Assembly (NCBI GenBank): GCA_963728405.1
Contig: CAVSJV010000017.1
Span: 128,001-192,000 of the forward strand
Direction of reading: 5' to 3'
Source of the DNA: Methanomassiliicoccaceae archaeon
GTDB taxonomy: Archaea > Thermoplasmatota > Thermoplasmata > Methanomassiliicoccales > Methanomassiliicoccaceae
Length of the DNA stretch: 64,000 bases
Shown here: positions 54,820 to 64,000 of the stretch, in pieces
Numbering within the stretch: position 1 is the stretch's first letter
How the letters are laid out: each line of letters begins with the position of its first letter
Notes under the pieces: model-generated
Seen by the model: only the letters and a program-made list of their open reading frames with translations
Told to the model about the DNA's origin: nothing
Database searches by the model: none
Translations under genes and position numbers: made by a program

Positions 54820-56550
54820 TCACTTTTTCTTCTTCGATACCATCAGATACGCGCCGACCAGGGCTATCGATGCGGCCAAGGCCCCGATGACCAGTAGGGC
54901 ATCGGAACCCCCGCCCAGCACGTACCCGCTCGACTTGGAGACGGGGGCGTTCTGCGTTGCGGTCGGACTGGTCACGGTGGAGGACCTGCCCCCGCCGAAC
55001 ACGGCCTTGAACCAGTCGGACAGCCAGGACCAGACGTTCCTGGGCTGGCTGATGGTCGGATTGGACTTGGTGCTCCCGTCGGTGGTGTTCCCGGCCGTAT
55101 TGCCGCCAGTACCTCCGGTTGTTCCCCCGGTGGTGTTGTCCCCGGTGGTAGTATCGCCGCCGTTGACGGGTGGGATGGGGGGCGTGGGAGCGGAGGCCAC
55201 GACCAGAGTATAGTTCTGATATATGGTCCGTCCGTCCGATGATCTCTCGGCGATCCGTACGCTGAACGACCCGGCCTTATCGGGGGTGCCCGACACCAAG
55301 CCTGAGGAGGTGGACAGGAACCCGGCGTCGGTGGACAGCGTCAGGGTGCACGAGATCGAAGTGGTCGGCGTATAGGCGTACACGCTCCCGACCGTGGCGG
55401 TGGCCACTGGGCTGGAGGTGAACTTCAGCTCCGCTGGGGTGGGGGTTGGGGTCGGAGGCGTGTACTGGTCCGGCAATAGGCCGCCCGTATATGGGTAGCC
55501 TGAGGTCCCGGTCAGGACCATGGGGGCGATGGCCTGTCCGCCTGCAGCCCATATGGTCTGCTCACCGAAAGTGTACCTGGTCAGTGGGTAGACCCCATTG
55601 TAGGCCAGCTCACCCCAGTAGAGAGGCTTGCCATCCTGCTTGGCCCAGTTTTCCGGGTCCGTGAACAGGTAGGCGTTGCTCGCTCCGGTGGCCGAGGCAT
55701 AGTAGTGACGGTGGAGGATCTCGAAACCCCCCTTGCCGGTCGCTAGATCGAAGTCTGCCTGCCCCCAGCCGAATAGGTTGCCCAGTCCGGCCACGCCCAT
55801 GGTCCTCGGGTGGGTGGACGCACCGGCCGTGGCCGTTGCGACCGCATTCTCCCAGGTGTTGAACCTGACCTTGTCCCCTTGCCAGTAATTATTGGCGACG
55901 TTATTGTGGTCTGGCTCGTTGAACAGGTCGTACATGGCGATGGCGTTCTGGCCCTCCAGGGCGGCCATTGTGTCCCGACAGTAGGCAACATATCGGGAGA
56001 AGGAGCTGCTCGATGGGTCAAAGACCGTACCCGAGCCCCCATAGCTATAGGTGGGATACTCTTGGGAACCGGCCAGCACGAAGCATATCCAAACTCCGTT
56101 CTTCTCAGCCTGCGCACACATCGTCTTCAGGAAGGATATGTAGGCGTCATGATGGTTCAGCCAGGCCTCGTATTGCAGGCCGGACCCCCATTGGTCCCCC
56201 GCTCCGAGCCTCACCAGATTGCAATTATAGTAGGCGTTCAGTGCAAAGTACTGATGCCAGAACTGCTCGGCGGTGGCGTGGTACGGAATGTACCCCTGGC
56301 CGGAGGTGTCCGGTCCATTGAGCTGGCTGGTCTTGCCAGCCACGCTCATGTCGCCGTTGATGTATGCCATGATGGCGAACTGCAGGGCAGTGGTCTCCAC
56401 CACACCGATGAACTTCTGGGTGGGCACCGCGCCGTTGACGAGAATATTTGTTCCAGATACGGTAACTCGACCATAGGTCGTGGCGGCCGAGGCGGACGGG
56501 GCAGAGTAAATGATCAATGCCCCCGGCAGTAGCAGGGCGAGCGCCGCCAT
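54820..56550 (-). CDS. Secreted, membrane-anchored clan GH-A (GH5-like) glycoside hydrolase with Ig-like domain
   Basis: Signal peptide ending ASA; NLVRLG, YDLFNEPD (acid/base), HRHYY, PLYWGEL (nucleophile); PT linker, Ig-like domain, G/T-rich stalk, TM then KKKK. Confidence 0.75.
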   Translation of the reverse strand: MAALALLLPGALIIYSAPSASAATTYGRVTVSGTNILVNGAVPTQKFIGVVETTALQFAIMAYINGDMSVAGKTSQLNGPDTSGQGYIPYHATAEQFWHQYFALNAYYNCNLVRLGAGDQWGSGLQYEAWLNHHDAYISFLKTMCAQAEKNGVWICFVLAGSQEYPTYSYGGSGTVFDPSSSSFSRYVAYCRDTMAALEGQNAIAMYDLFNEPDHNNVANNYWQGDKVRFNTWENAVATATAGASTHPRTMGVAGLGNLFGWGQADFDLATGKGGFEILHRHYYASATGASNAYLFTDPENWAKQDGKPLYWGELAYNGVYPLTRYTFGEQTIWAAGGQAIAPMVLTGTSGYPYTGGLLPDQYTPPTPTPTPAELKFTSSPVATATVGSVYAYTPTTSISCTLTLSTDAGFLSTSSGLVSGTPDKAGSFSVRIAERSSDGRTIYQNYTLVVASAPTPPIPPVNGGDTTTGDNTTGGTTGGTGGNTAGNTTDGSTKSNPTISQPRNVWSWLSDWFKAVFGGGRSSTVTSPTATQNAPVSKSSGYVLGGGSDALLVIGALAASIALVGAYLMVSKKKK

Positions 56551-56774
56551 AGCTACCGCTAGCTTATGTATATGATTTCTCAGTTCTCATCCCTCACGAC
56601 AGTTAGGCCGGCGACCGGGGTCGGGAGTACTTTATATTTTGCTCTAAAAAACCGTGATAATCAAAGCAGCCAGTTCATCCGTAATAAATAAGAATTATAT
56701 ATTTTACGAACGCAAAGTTTACAGCGATAAAACACCTGATCGATACCGCCTTCAGCGACAAATATCGACATCCA

Positions 56775-57845
56775 TCAGTGTTTTCGAGATCCGACCATTG
56801 TTAAAAGATAGATCCTTGCCTTGTGCATCTCCACCTCCCAGGTCGGAAGGGTATCGAACCTTTGCCGGGCGGCCTGGGACATTGCCTGCCAACGGGCCCG
56901 GTCATCATTAAGCCCCAGGAGATGGGCAGAGATCGCTTTATAATCCCCCGGTCCGACCAGGAAGCCTTCCCGTCCATGGGTGATCACCTCTCCCGCTCCT
57001 CCGGAAGCTGGCGCTATGACCGGCAGCCCGCGGGCCAGGGCCTCCACGAACACCAGCCCATAACCCTCATGAACCGAGGGAACGGCCAGAACGTGGCATC
57101 GATCCATGATCTCATCTCGCTCCCGGTCCGACGATCGCCCGTGGAACTCTACCTCGCTGGTAAGGTCCCATCGAACGAGCATACTCCGTATCGTTTGGCA
57201 ATAGTCCTGATCGAGGGGGGCCCCGACCACCTCCAACCGAAATTCGCCCCGGGGCAGCGAGTTCAACGCCCTCACCAGGACATCCAGCCCCTTGTGCGGC
57301 AGGATGTTTCCCAGGTAGATTATCGTTAATGGTCCCGGTCGAGCCTGTCCTTCTTTTTCCCGTGCCTTGATGTGCTCCCTTCCCGGATGAGCCACCACTC
57401 CATCGGCATGGGGAACGATCTCCTGGACCGACCGTCGAGTAGCCTCGCTGTTGAAAATGAAACCGTCAAGATCATGGAGAAATCGCCGTTCCATCGCATG
57501 ATGCCGCAGGGCCTTTCCTCGGCAGGTCTCCGCCCGGCAGGCCAGATGGTGGACCATCCCCACCACAGGGTAGCTGACGTCCTTCTTCAGTCGCCCGTTC
57601 AGAAGACACAGCGACGGGTGGGCGAGTTCGTCCTCCACCAGCACATCGACGTCCAGGCCGCGAAGGCGCCGCAACAGTATGGGATCAAGGTTGTCCAACA
57701 CGCTCAGAGCGGGCGGACGAGGTCTGAGGCCTACGACCTCCACGTGGTCCCCGCTCTCCTCGAGATGCTTGACCAGCATGTGGTCGTACAGATATCCGCC
57801 GCTCTGGCCATCGAGGGAGCCGTAGATCACTAGGCCGACCTTCAA
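56775..57845 (-). CDS. Glycosyltransferase family 4
   Basis: SGGYLYD, GN..PHKG...L, PS..EGYGLV..EALA.GLPVI. Confidence 0.92.
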   Translation of the reverse strand: MKVGLVIYGSLDGQSGGYLYDHMLVKHLEESGDHVEVVGLRPRPPALSVLDNLDPILLRRLRGLDVDVLVEDELAHPSLCLLNGRLKKDVSYPVVGMVHHLACRAETCRGKALRHHAMERRFLHDLDGFIFNSEATRRSVQEIVPHADGVVAHPGREHIKAREKEGQARPGPLTIIYLGNILPHKGLDVLVRALNSLPRGEFRLEVVGAPLDQDYCQTIRSMLVRWDLTSEVEFHGRSSDRERDEIMDRCHVLAVPSVHEGYGLVFVEALARGLPVIAPASGGAGEVITHGREGFLVGPGDYKAISAHLLGLNDDRARWQAMSQAARQRFDTLPTWEVEMHKARIYLLTMVGSRKH

Positions 57846-58228
57846 TGGCCGAGCCCCTGCTCAAAGCTGGCCCAGGCATCATCATCTTCCCAGATCCTGA
57901 CGGCCAACCGGTCCACCATGGGTGCATCCAAAGATACCGACAACCGGAGCCAGATGACCCGGGCCAGATTCTCCAGGGAAGGTACCGCGCTCAAGAAATC
58001 GACCATCTCGTTCATGCAACGGTCCCGATACAGGTCCAGGATCGTGGAGAGCGATTCCTTTAGAGCGCTTATGTCCACCAGGTAGCCCATATCGTCGACC
58101 CCGCTCCCCTGAGCGATGACCTCCACCAGATAATTGTGGGCATGCTCTTCCTGCTCTCCGGGCGAAGCGTCCGGAAGGCGGTGGCGTGATGTCATCCTCA
58201 TGCTGACCCCGGTCTTGTACGTGCTCAT
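57842..58228 (-). CDS. 6-pyruvoyltetrahydropterin synthase/QueD-family (COG0720) protein
   Basis: H.L......E.E.HAHNY.VEV, D..GYLVDI, PS.ENLA..I, V.IWE...AWA. Confidence 0.85.
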   Translation of the reverse strand: MSTYKTGVSMRMTSRHRLPDASPGEQEEHAHNYLVEVIAQGSGVDDMGYLVDISALKESLSTILDLYRDRCMNEMVDFLSAVPSLENLARVIWLRLSVSLDAPMVDRLAVRIWEDDDAWASFEQGLGH

Positions 58229-59244
58229 CCCTCCTGATAATCCAGAAGAATCTGGATCGCTGCCCGTCCGCCCTCATCCAGAAATCGATAGGCGCTCGCC
58301 GCATTGGATATCTTGAACCGGTGGGTCACCAAACGCGCCGGACGGACCATCCCGATCAGCTTCCAAGCCACCCCCAGTCGCCGGGACTTGGACCAGCGGC
58401 CGGACAGGCTGCCGTCGATACGGCTGACCTGGCTGCTGATGATCCGCAGGCGGTTTCGATGGAAGTCACCACCCAGGCAGGTCCTCATCTCCTTGTTCCC
58501 GTACCATGAGCCGACCACGATCCGACCTTCCATGCCGGTGAGATGGGTGGCATATTCCAATGCCGCCGGTTCTCCGCTCAGCTCGAACACCAGGTCGGCC
58601 TTCACCTCGGTCAGGCCGGAGGCCTCCAGGAACCGGCTCACATCGACCGATGGGTCCAAGCAATGGTCTGCGCCCATCTCCATCGAGCGTTCCCTGCGCA
58701 AAGGGTAGCGGTCAGCCGTGACCAGGTTCGTTAACGGCATCCTGGCGAGGACAGAGGTGGTCAGCAGGCCGATCACGCCCTGCCCGAGGACGACCACGTT
58801 CTCACCCACCAGAGGAGCGGCGTCCATGACCAGGGAGAGGGCGGTCTCCATGCTCGGCAGGAAGAGGGCATCCTCGTCGCTAACTCCGGGCGGTATGGCC
58901 ACCGCTTCAGACAGGGGGATGGTAAACTCGCTCTCGTGACTATGGAAGCAAAAGACCCGCTTCCCGACCCACGCACAGGACACTCCTTCTCCGGCAGCTA
59001 CGACCTCTCCCACGGTAGCATATCCGTACTTGAACGGGTGGGCGAACGAGCCCCCTAGGGATGATATGGTCGTGTCCAGCCTGGTGCCTTGCTCCAACTG
59101 TCCACGGTAAAGTAGCATCTCGGTGCCCGCGCTGATGGCCGAGAGCAAGCTCCGTATCAGGACCTCACCCTCTTTAGGCTCGGGAACGTTCTCCTGCAGG
59201 ACCTGGACCTCTCGGGGGGCGGTGAAATACAATGAACGACGCAT
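58225..59244 (-). CDS. Zinc-binding dehydrogenase-like (MDR) protein
   Basis: SAISAGTE.L.YRG, YGYA.VG.V, GQGVIGLL, VVGSWYG, FHRNRL.I.SSQV. Confidence 0.88.
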   Translation of the reverse strand: MRRSLYFTAPREVQVLQENVPEPKEGEVLIRSLLSAISAGTEMLLYRGQLEQGTRLDTTISSLGGSFAHPFKYGYATVGEVVAAGEGVSCAWVGKRVFCFHSHESEFTIPLSEAVAIPPGVSDEDALFLPSMETALSLVMDAAPLVGENVVVLGQGVIGLLTTSVLARMPLTNLVTADRYPLRRERSMEMGADHCLDPSVDVSRFLEASGLTEVKADLVFELSGEPAALEYATHLTGMEGRIVVGSWYGNKEMRTCLGGDFHRNRLRIISSQVSRIDGSLSGRWSKSRRLGVAWKLIGMVRPARLVTHRFKISNAASAYRFLDEGGRAAIQILLDYQEG

Positions 59245-59354
59245 CCTTCATCCTCAGCCCCATTGACAAGGCAACAGGATAGGCATGAAATTATCTGACC
59301 AGGGGTGTCCCAGCGGAGAGATGGAAATCAACACATTTATGTTAGGTCGAGGGC

Positions 59355-59558
59355 ATGAGGACACCCATGGCCGGACTGGTGGAGGACGTCAGGACCCGGT
59401 GTCTCTGGCATACCGACGACGGACGGTGCTCCAACTGCAAGGCCCGCCGCATCAGGAACGATGTCCTAAAGATGAGCGACTACGAGAACTGTGTGAAGGA
59501 CCGGGACTACTCCGGCTGCGAGTTCTTCGTAGAAAAGCCCCTGCCGCCCAAGAAGTGA
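59355..59558 (+). CDS. Small Cys-rich hypothetical protein
   Basis: 67 aa with 5 Cys, directly upstream of the HEAT-repeat gene. Confidence 0.5.
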   Translation: MRTPMAGLVEDVRTRCLWHTDDGRCSNCKARRIRNDVLKMSDYENCVKDRDYSGCEFFVEKPLPPKK

Positions 59559-59565
59559 ACTCTCC

Positions 59566-60111
59566 ATGACCGCGGACGATATGCTGGCATTGCTGGAAAG
59601 GCTGCTGGTCACCGAGAGCCGACCGGGAGCGCTGGACGCGCTGGAACTCCTATCTCGAGAGAACAAGGCCGACGGTAGGGCGGTCGCCTGTCTCATGCCC
59701 ATCCTCCATGCTCCCGGACTGGAGGACCGGAGGAGAGCGTCCTGGCTCATGGGCAAGCTGGCCCAGAACAAGGTGGAGACGTTCTGGCCCCTGGAGGAAC
59801 TGAACGGCCTCCTGCATGACGACGATCCCGAGGTGAGGGAGAATGCGGCCTGGGCCATCGGGGAGCTGACCGGCCAGCGGATCGGAACGCTAGGGAGCAT
59901 CGAGCACCTGAACCACTTGCTGAGCGACGACATTCCGAGCGTGAGGGGCATGGCGGCGTGGGCGCTGGGCCGCATAGCCGAGAGGTTAGAACTGGGCTTT
60001 CTCACCTCGATAGAACCGTTGACCGAGCTGACCGAGGACCGGTTCGAGAGCGTACGCCGCAGCGCCGTCTACGCACTCGAGCGGCTGGCCGCACTGGGCA
60101 TAAAAGAGTGA
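59566..60111 (+). CDS. HEAT-repeat protein
   Basis: Repeats L.D....VR..AAWA.G.L. Confidence 0.85.
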   Translation: MTADDMLALLERLLVTESRPGALDALELLSRENKADGRAVACLMPILHAPGLEDRRRASWLMGKLAQNKVETFWPLEELNGLLHDDDPEVRENAAWAIGELTGQRIGTLGSIEHLNHLLSDDIPSVRGMAAWALGRIAERLELGFLTSIEPLTELTEDRFESVRRSAVYALERLAALGIKE

Positions 60112-60410
60112 TGTCCAGATCATAGTACTCGGAGCCTTTTTAGGAAAATCATTTTCGATTTCTAGACCGTGTTTTTATATATTAGTCTGCCGCGCTCAGA
60201 AGCTCAGCAAGGTGCGATAGGCATCATCATCGGAGAGATCAGCAATGAGCGCGAGAGTTTACGACCATCAGCCGAGCATGATCAGCATCGAGAGAATGAA
60301 GCTCCCCCAGCGCCAGGCGTCCAAGGTAAGGGTACCCTTGAAGATACGCGAAGCCTCTATCGAGCTGAGCGGCACCCCCATGCTCCAGTAAATTACGTAA
60401 CGAGAATTCA

Positions 60411-60821
60411 TCATTCGACTTCTTTGAGCCTGGCGTATGCCGTCAGGAAATCATCATGGGCCTCCTGGCCGGCCGATCCGATATGGGCCAGCATCTTCTC
60501 GAGCAATGGTCCGAACGAGGGTTCGAGGCATTCGCTGGAGCCATCCGGTGACAGCGTGGCCACCAGTTTCGGAGGCGGTCCCAAATTCCATATCTCGAAC
60601 GATGGCCTCACCATCGGTCCGGCCCATCCAGATGCACGACGCGGGGGATCGATCCTCCTTAGCTCAAGGTGGTCAAGGACCTGGGCACCCTCGAGCACAT
60701 CGTGAAAAGCGCTCGGCGTGGCCTCCACGCGCGCACGGCGCATCTCCTCGTACTGCGGCGGCAGCACCATGGAGCAACGGAACGGCCTGCGTTGGCAAAT
60801 AGCTACCGACGGCGGGGCCAT
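60411..60821 (-). CDS. Hypothetical protein
   Basis: 136-aa ORF divergent from aguB. Confidence 0.45.
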   Translation of the reverse strand: MAPPSVAICQRRPFRCSMVLPPQYEEMRRARVEATPSAFHDVLEGAQVLDHLELRRIDPPRRASGWAGPMVRPSFEIWNLGPPPKLVATLSPDGSSECLEPSFGPLLEKMLAHIGSAGQEAHDDFLTAYARLKEVE

Positions 60822-60864
60822 TTTTTAATATCACTGTTCATCATTGGGCTTGAGAGGCTGACGG

Positions 60865-61761
60865 ATGATGAACGATCGGAAGGTCACCATAGGGCTCGTC
60901 CAGATGAGCATGTCAGAGGACCCTGAGGGAAACCTCCGCAAGGCGGTACGAATGATCGGCGAGGCCTCCGAGCGCGGGGCCCAGATCGTCTGTCTGCCTG
61001 AGCTGTTCACCACCACCTACTTCCCCCAGTACGACACCGTCGACGGAAGGCGAAGGGAGCGTGCCCCTCATGAGACCGTCCCCGGGCCTACCACCGACAC
61101 ATTGTCCAGGGCGGCCGCCCGGTCCCAGGTCATCCTGGTGGGCGGCTCCATCTATGAACGGGACGGGGAGAGGTTCTTCAACACCGCTCCAGTATTCGAC
61201 CAGGGCGGCCGCATGCTCGGTCGCTACAGAAAGACCCATATCCCTCATGATGAGCACTTCTACGAGCAATCCTATTTCGAACCGGGCGACACGGGCTTCC
61301 AGGTATACGCCACCGACCGGGGCCGCATCGGGGTCATGATCTGCTATGATCAATGGTACCCGGAAGCGGCCCGCATGAACGCGCTGAAGGGCGCAGAGAT
61401 GGTCTTTTACCCCACCGCCATCGGCAAGGTCGAGGGCATAGAGCAGCAGGAGGGCGACTGGCAGCAGGCCTGGGAGAACGTCATGCGCGGCCATGCCATA
61501 GCCAACGGCATGGTGGTCGCGGCGTGCAATCGTGTCGGGGCTGAGGATAAGATGGAGTTCTGGGGCGGCAGCTTCGTGATCGACGCTTTCGGCAAGACCC
61601 TGGCCCGAGGCTCCGATCGGGAAGAGGTCGTGCTGGCGACGGTCGACCTGGAGCATGGAGAGAACTGTCAGGAAAGGCTGGAGGTTCTTCCCCAACCGCC
61701 GGCCGGAATGCTATTCACAGCTTGTAGAGCGTACCAAGCAGAGATGATCCGGAGCGATTGA
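60865..61761 (+). CDS. aguB: N-carbamoylputrescine amidase (nitrilase superfamily); C-terminus probably frameshifted
   Basis: Glu-Lys-Cys triad LPELF / YRKTHIP / ICYDQW; YPTAIG; RGHAIANG; adjacent to aguA. Confidence 0.85.
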   Translation: MMNDRKVTIGLVQMSMSEDPEGNLRKAVRMIGEASERGAQIVCLPELFTTTYFPQYDTVDGRRRERAPHETVPGPTTDTLSRAAARSQVILVGGSIYERDGERFFNTAPVFDQGGRMLGRYRKTHIPHDEHFYEQSYFEPGDTGFQVYATDRGRIGVMICYDQWYPEAARMNALKGAEMVFYPTAIGKVEGIEQQEGDWQQAWENVMRGHAIANGMVVAACNRVGAEDKMEFWGGSFVIDAFGKTLARGSDREEVVLATVDLEHGENCQERLEVLPQPPAGMLFTACRAYQAEMIRSD

Positions 61762-61762
61762 C

Positions 61763-62836
61763 ATGGAAAAGACGACCCCTAGGTCCCTCGGTTATTACAT
61801 GCCGGCCGAATGGGCCAAGCACGACGCCACCTGGCTGTCCTGGCCCAAGAACCCCCTGACCTTCCCGGACGGTGTCCTGGACGGCGTGGAGAAGGTGTAC
61901 CTCCAGATGATCGCCGCCCTTAGCAGGGGGGAGATGGTCAAGGTCCTGGTGGACGACCAGGAGACCGGCGACCGGGTCCGCAAGCTCCTCCAGGGCACCG
62001 ACGCCGTCGTGGAGAACGTCATCCTGCCCCAGATCAAGAGCTCGGACGTGTGGGTCCGCGATTACGGCCCGACCTTCCTGTTGAACGAAAAGAAGCCCTG
62101 GAAGGCCGCGGTCAAGTGGAGGTTTAATGCTTGGGGCGGCAAGTACGACGATCTGATGTACGATGATATCGCCGGGGAAGAGGTTGTCCAGAACTCCAAG
62201 GTCAAGGTCTTCCGCCCAGGCATCGTGATGGAGGGCGGCTCCATCGATGTCAACGGCCGCGGGGTGGTCCTCACCACCGAACAGTGCCTGCTCAACAAGA
62301 ACCGCAACCCCCAGCTGACCAGGGATGACCTCGAGGCCTACCTTGAGCAGTACCTCAACATAACCTCGGTGGTCTGGCTTAAGTCCGGGATCGAGGGCGA
62401 CGATACCGACGGACATGTCGACGACTTCGCCCGTTTCGTGAACGCCGACACAGTGGTGTGCGCGCATTCGGAGACCGGCGGAGGCCATAACCCTCAGGTC
62501 CTGCAGACCAACCTGGATATCCTTACCGCGTACCGGGACCAGATCGGTCGGGGTCTCAATGTTCTCAAGCTCCCCATGCCCGAGCCCATCCCCCTGCCTG
62601 AGGAGGAGCGGGTGCTGCCGGCGAGCTACGCCAACTTCTACATCGGCAACGAGGCAGTACTGGTGCCGGTGTTCGATGATCCCAGCGATCAGAAGGCGGT
62701 CCAGATGCTGAAGGACTGTTTCCGCGACCGCAGGATCGTACCCATCTACGCAAAGGACCTGGTCTATGGCTACGGCGGCTTCCATTGCGTCACTCAGCAG
62801 GAGCCGGCCATCGCCGTAAAGCAGCTGGGCGGTTGA
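61763..62836 (+). CDS. aguA: Agmatine deiminase
   Basis: MPAEW, WVRDYGP, FNAWGGKY, EGGSI, DDTDGHVD, ASYANF, GGFHCVTQQEP. Confidence 0.95.
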   Translation: MEKTTPRSLGYYMPAEWAKHDATWLSWPKNPLTFPDGVLDGVEKVYLQMIAALSRGEMVKVLVDDQETGDRVRKLLQGTDAVVENVILPQIKSSDVWVRDYGPTFLLNEKKPWKAAVKWRFNAWGGKYDDLMYDDIAGEEVVQNSKVKVFRPGIVMEGGSIDVNGRGVVLTTEQCLLNKNRNPQLTRDDLEAYLEQYLNITSVVWLKSGIEGDDTDGHVDDFARFVNADTVVCAHSETGGGHNPQVLQTNLDILTAYRDQIGRGLNVLKLPMPEPIPLPEEERVLPASYANFYIGNEAVLVPVFDDPSDQKAVQMLKDCFRDRRIVPIYAKDLVYGYGGFHCVTQQEPAIAVKQLGG

Positions 62837-62914
62837 CGGGGCGACCTGACCGGACCTCGGGGCCACGGATGAAAAATCTCATATGGCCTGGCGGACCTGT
62901 GGTGGCTGATCGAT

Positions 62915-63766
62915 GTGACTCCGAGAGGTTCAAGACCAGATACTGATGCGGGCGATGTTCCTGAAGTGAGCGGACAGCGGCTGTCGGCCGTGTTCGAAAG
63001 CCTCCGGGAGCGGCGACCGCTGGTGCATCATATCACAAACTACGTGACGGTCAACGATTGTGCAAATGTCACCATGTTCATCGGCGCCGCCCCGGTCATG
63101 GCCGAAGCCCGTGAAGAGGTCGAGGAAATGGTCGGCATGGCCGGCGCCCTGGTGCTGAACATCGGCACACTGCGCCAGGAGCAGGTCGAATCCATGCTCA
63201 TCGCCGGCCGCCAGGCCAATCGCCTCAACATCCCCATCGTCCTGGACCCGGTCGGCGCAGGCGCCACCAGCTATCGGACCGAGGTGGCCAGGCAGCTGCT
63301 GATCGAGCTCCGCATCTCCGTCATCAAGGGCAACGCCGGCGAGATAGGCACACTGGCGGGGACCGGAGGAAAGGTCCGGGGAGTGGACTCGGACGGCCTG
63401 AACGGCGATCCTGCCACGGTCGCCACAGCGCTGGCCAAGAGCAGCGGGGCGGTGGTGGTCATGAGTGGACCGACCGATATCGTCACCGACGGGAGCCGGA
63501 CCATCCTGGTGGACAACGGCCACCGCCTCATGGGCCAGATCTCCGGGACAGGATGCATGGCCTCATCCATAGTGGGGGCGTTCGCCACTGCATCGCCCGA
63601 CCGCGTCATCTCGTCCGTCGCCGCACTGGCCGCCTTCGGCATCGCCGGTGAGCTGGCGGCCGAGAGGGCCTCCGCCCCCTACTCGTTCAAGCTGGCCCTT
63701 ATGGACCAGGTGGCCGCCATGACCCCGCCCGTTCTGGCCAGCCACGCCAAGGTGAGGTCGGCGTGA
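62915..63766 (+). CDS. thiM: Hydroxyethylthiazole kinase (start uncertain)
   Basis: [42 protein letters not shown]. Confidence 0.95.
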   Translation: MTPRGSRPDTDAGDVPEVSGQRLSAVFESLRERRPLVHHITNYVTVNDCANVTMFIGAAPVMAEAREEVEEMVGMAGALVLNIGTLRQEQVESMLIAGRQANRLNIPIVLDPVGAGATSYRTEVARQLLIELRISVIKGNAGEIGTLAGTGGKVRGVDSDGLNGDPATVATALAKSSGAVVVMSGPTDIVTDGSRTILVDNGHRLMGQISGTGCMASSIVGAFATASPDRVISSVAALAAFGIAGELAAERASAPYSFKLALMDQVAAMTPPVLASHAKVRSA

Positions 63767-64000
63767 CCCTTCAACTTGATCTGTACGTGGTCACCGATGC
63801 AGAGCTGTCCCGCGGCCTGGGCCACCTGGGGTCGGCCCGGAGAGCACTGGCCGGGGGAGCAGACGCGTGGTCCAGCTAAGGGACAAGAAGCTATCCGGGA
63901 GAGAGCTTTTTCTTCTGGCCGTGGAGCTGAGGAAGCTGACCGCGATCTCTGGAACGCTCCTAATCGTCAACGACCGAATGGACGTGGCCCTGGCCGCCGG
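63763..64000 (+). CDS. thiE: Thiamine phosphate synthase, partial, with an indel
   Basis: LYVVTD..LSRG, A.AGGA, QLRDK, LIVNDR.DVALA. Confidence 0.88.

Noticed and set aside
55080-55160. Low-complexity repeats near 55100 and 55440 as DNA repeat elements
   Set aside because: They encode the G/T-rich stalk and PT linker of the glycoside hydrolase
60195-60410. Possible small minus-strand membrane gene
   Set aside because: Only short fragments in changing frames; cannot be supported
62837-62965. TPP riboswitch upstream of thiM
   Set aside because: No GCUGAGA or CCUGA...GUAAU core is present

Overview
Chromosomal window from a GC-rich archaeon. The gene set (aIF-1A, Pus10, eL21, RpoF, eL15, uS15, fibrillarin, Kae1, methanogenesis marker 16, DUF2124) points to a methanogen, most likely Methanomassiliicoccales (inference). 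It holds a translation/rRNA-maturation operon; PolB with a 419-aa LAGLIDADG intein in the YGD|TDS motif; a ~1400-aa secreted C1 peptidase/adhesin; a polyphosphate operon (ppk1, CHAD-metallophosphoesterase-HD fusion, ppx, stand-alone LigD phosphoesterase); tRNA-Leu(CAG) and tRNA-Val(GAC), each with a duplicated 3' end bounding a small islet (the Val islet keeps an integrase-like remnant); an ArsR-ArsM fusion; a divergent aconitase X; a membrane-anchored clan GH-A glycoside hydrolase beside a Zn-dehydrogenase/PTPS/GT4 triad; aguB-aguA; and thiM-thiE. Many genes, including essential ones, are split by single-base indels, best read as long-read sequencing errors. All family calls come from motif recognition, not database searches.
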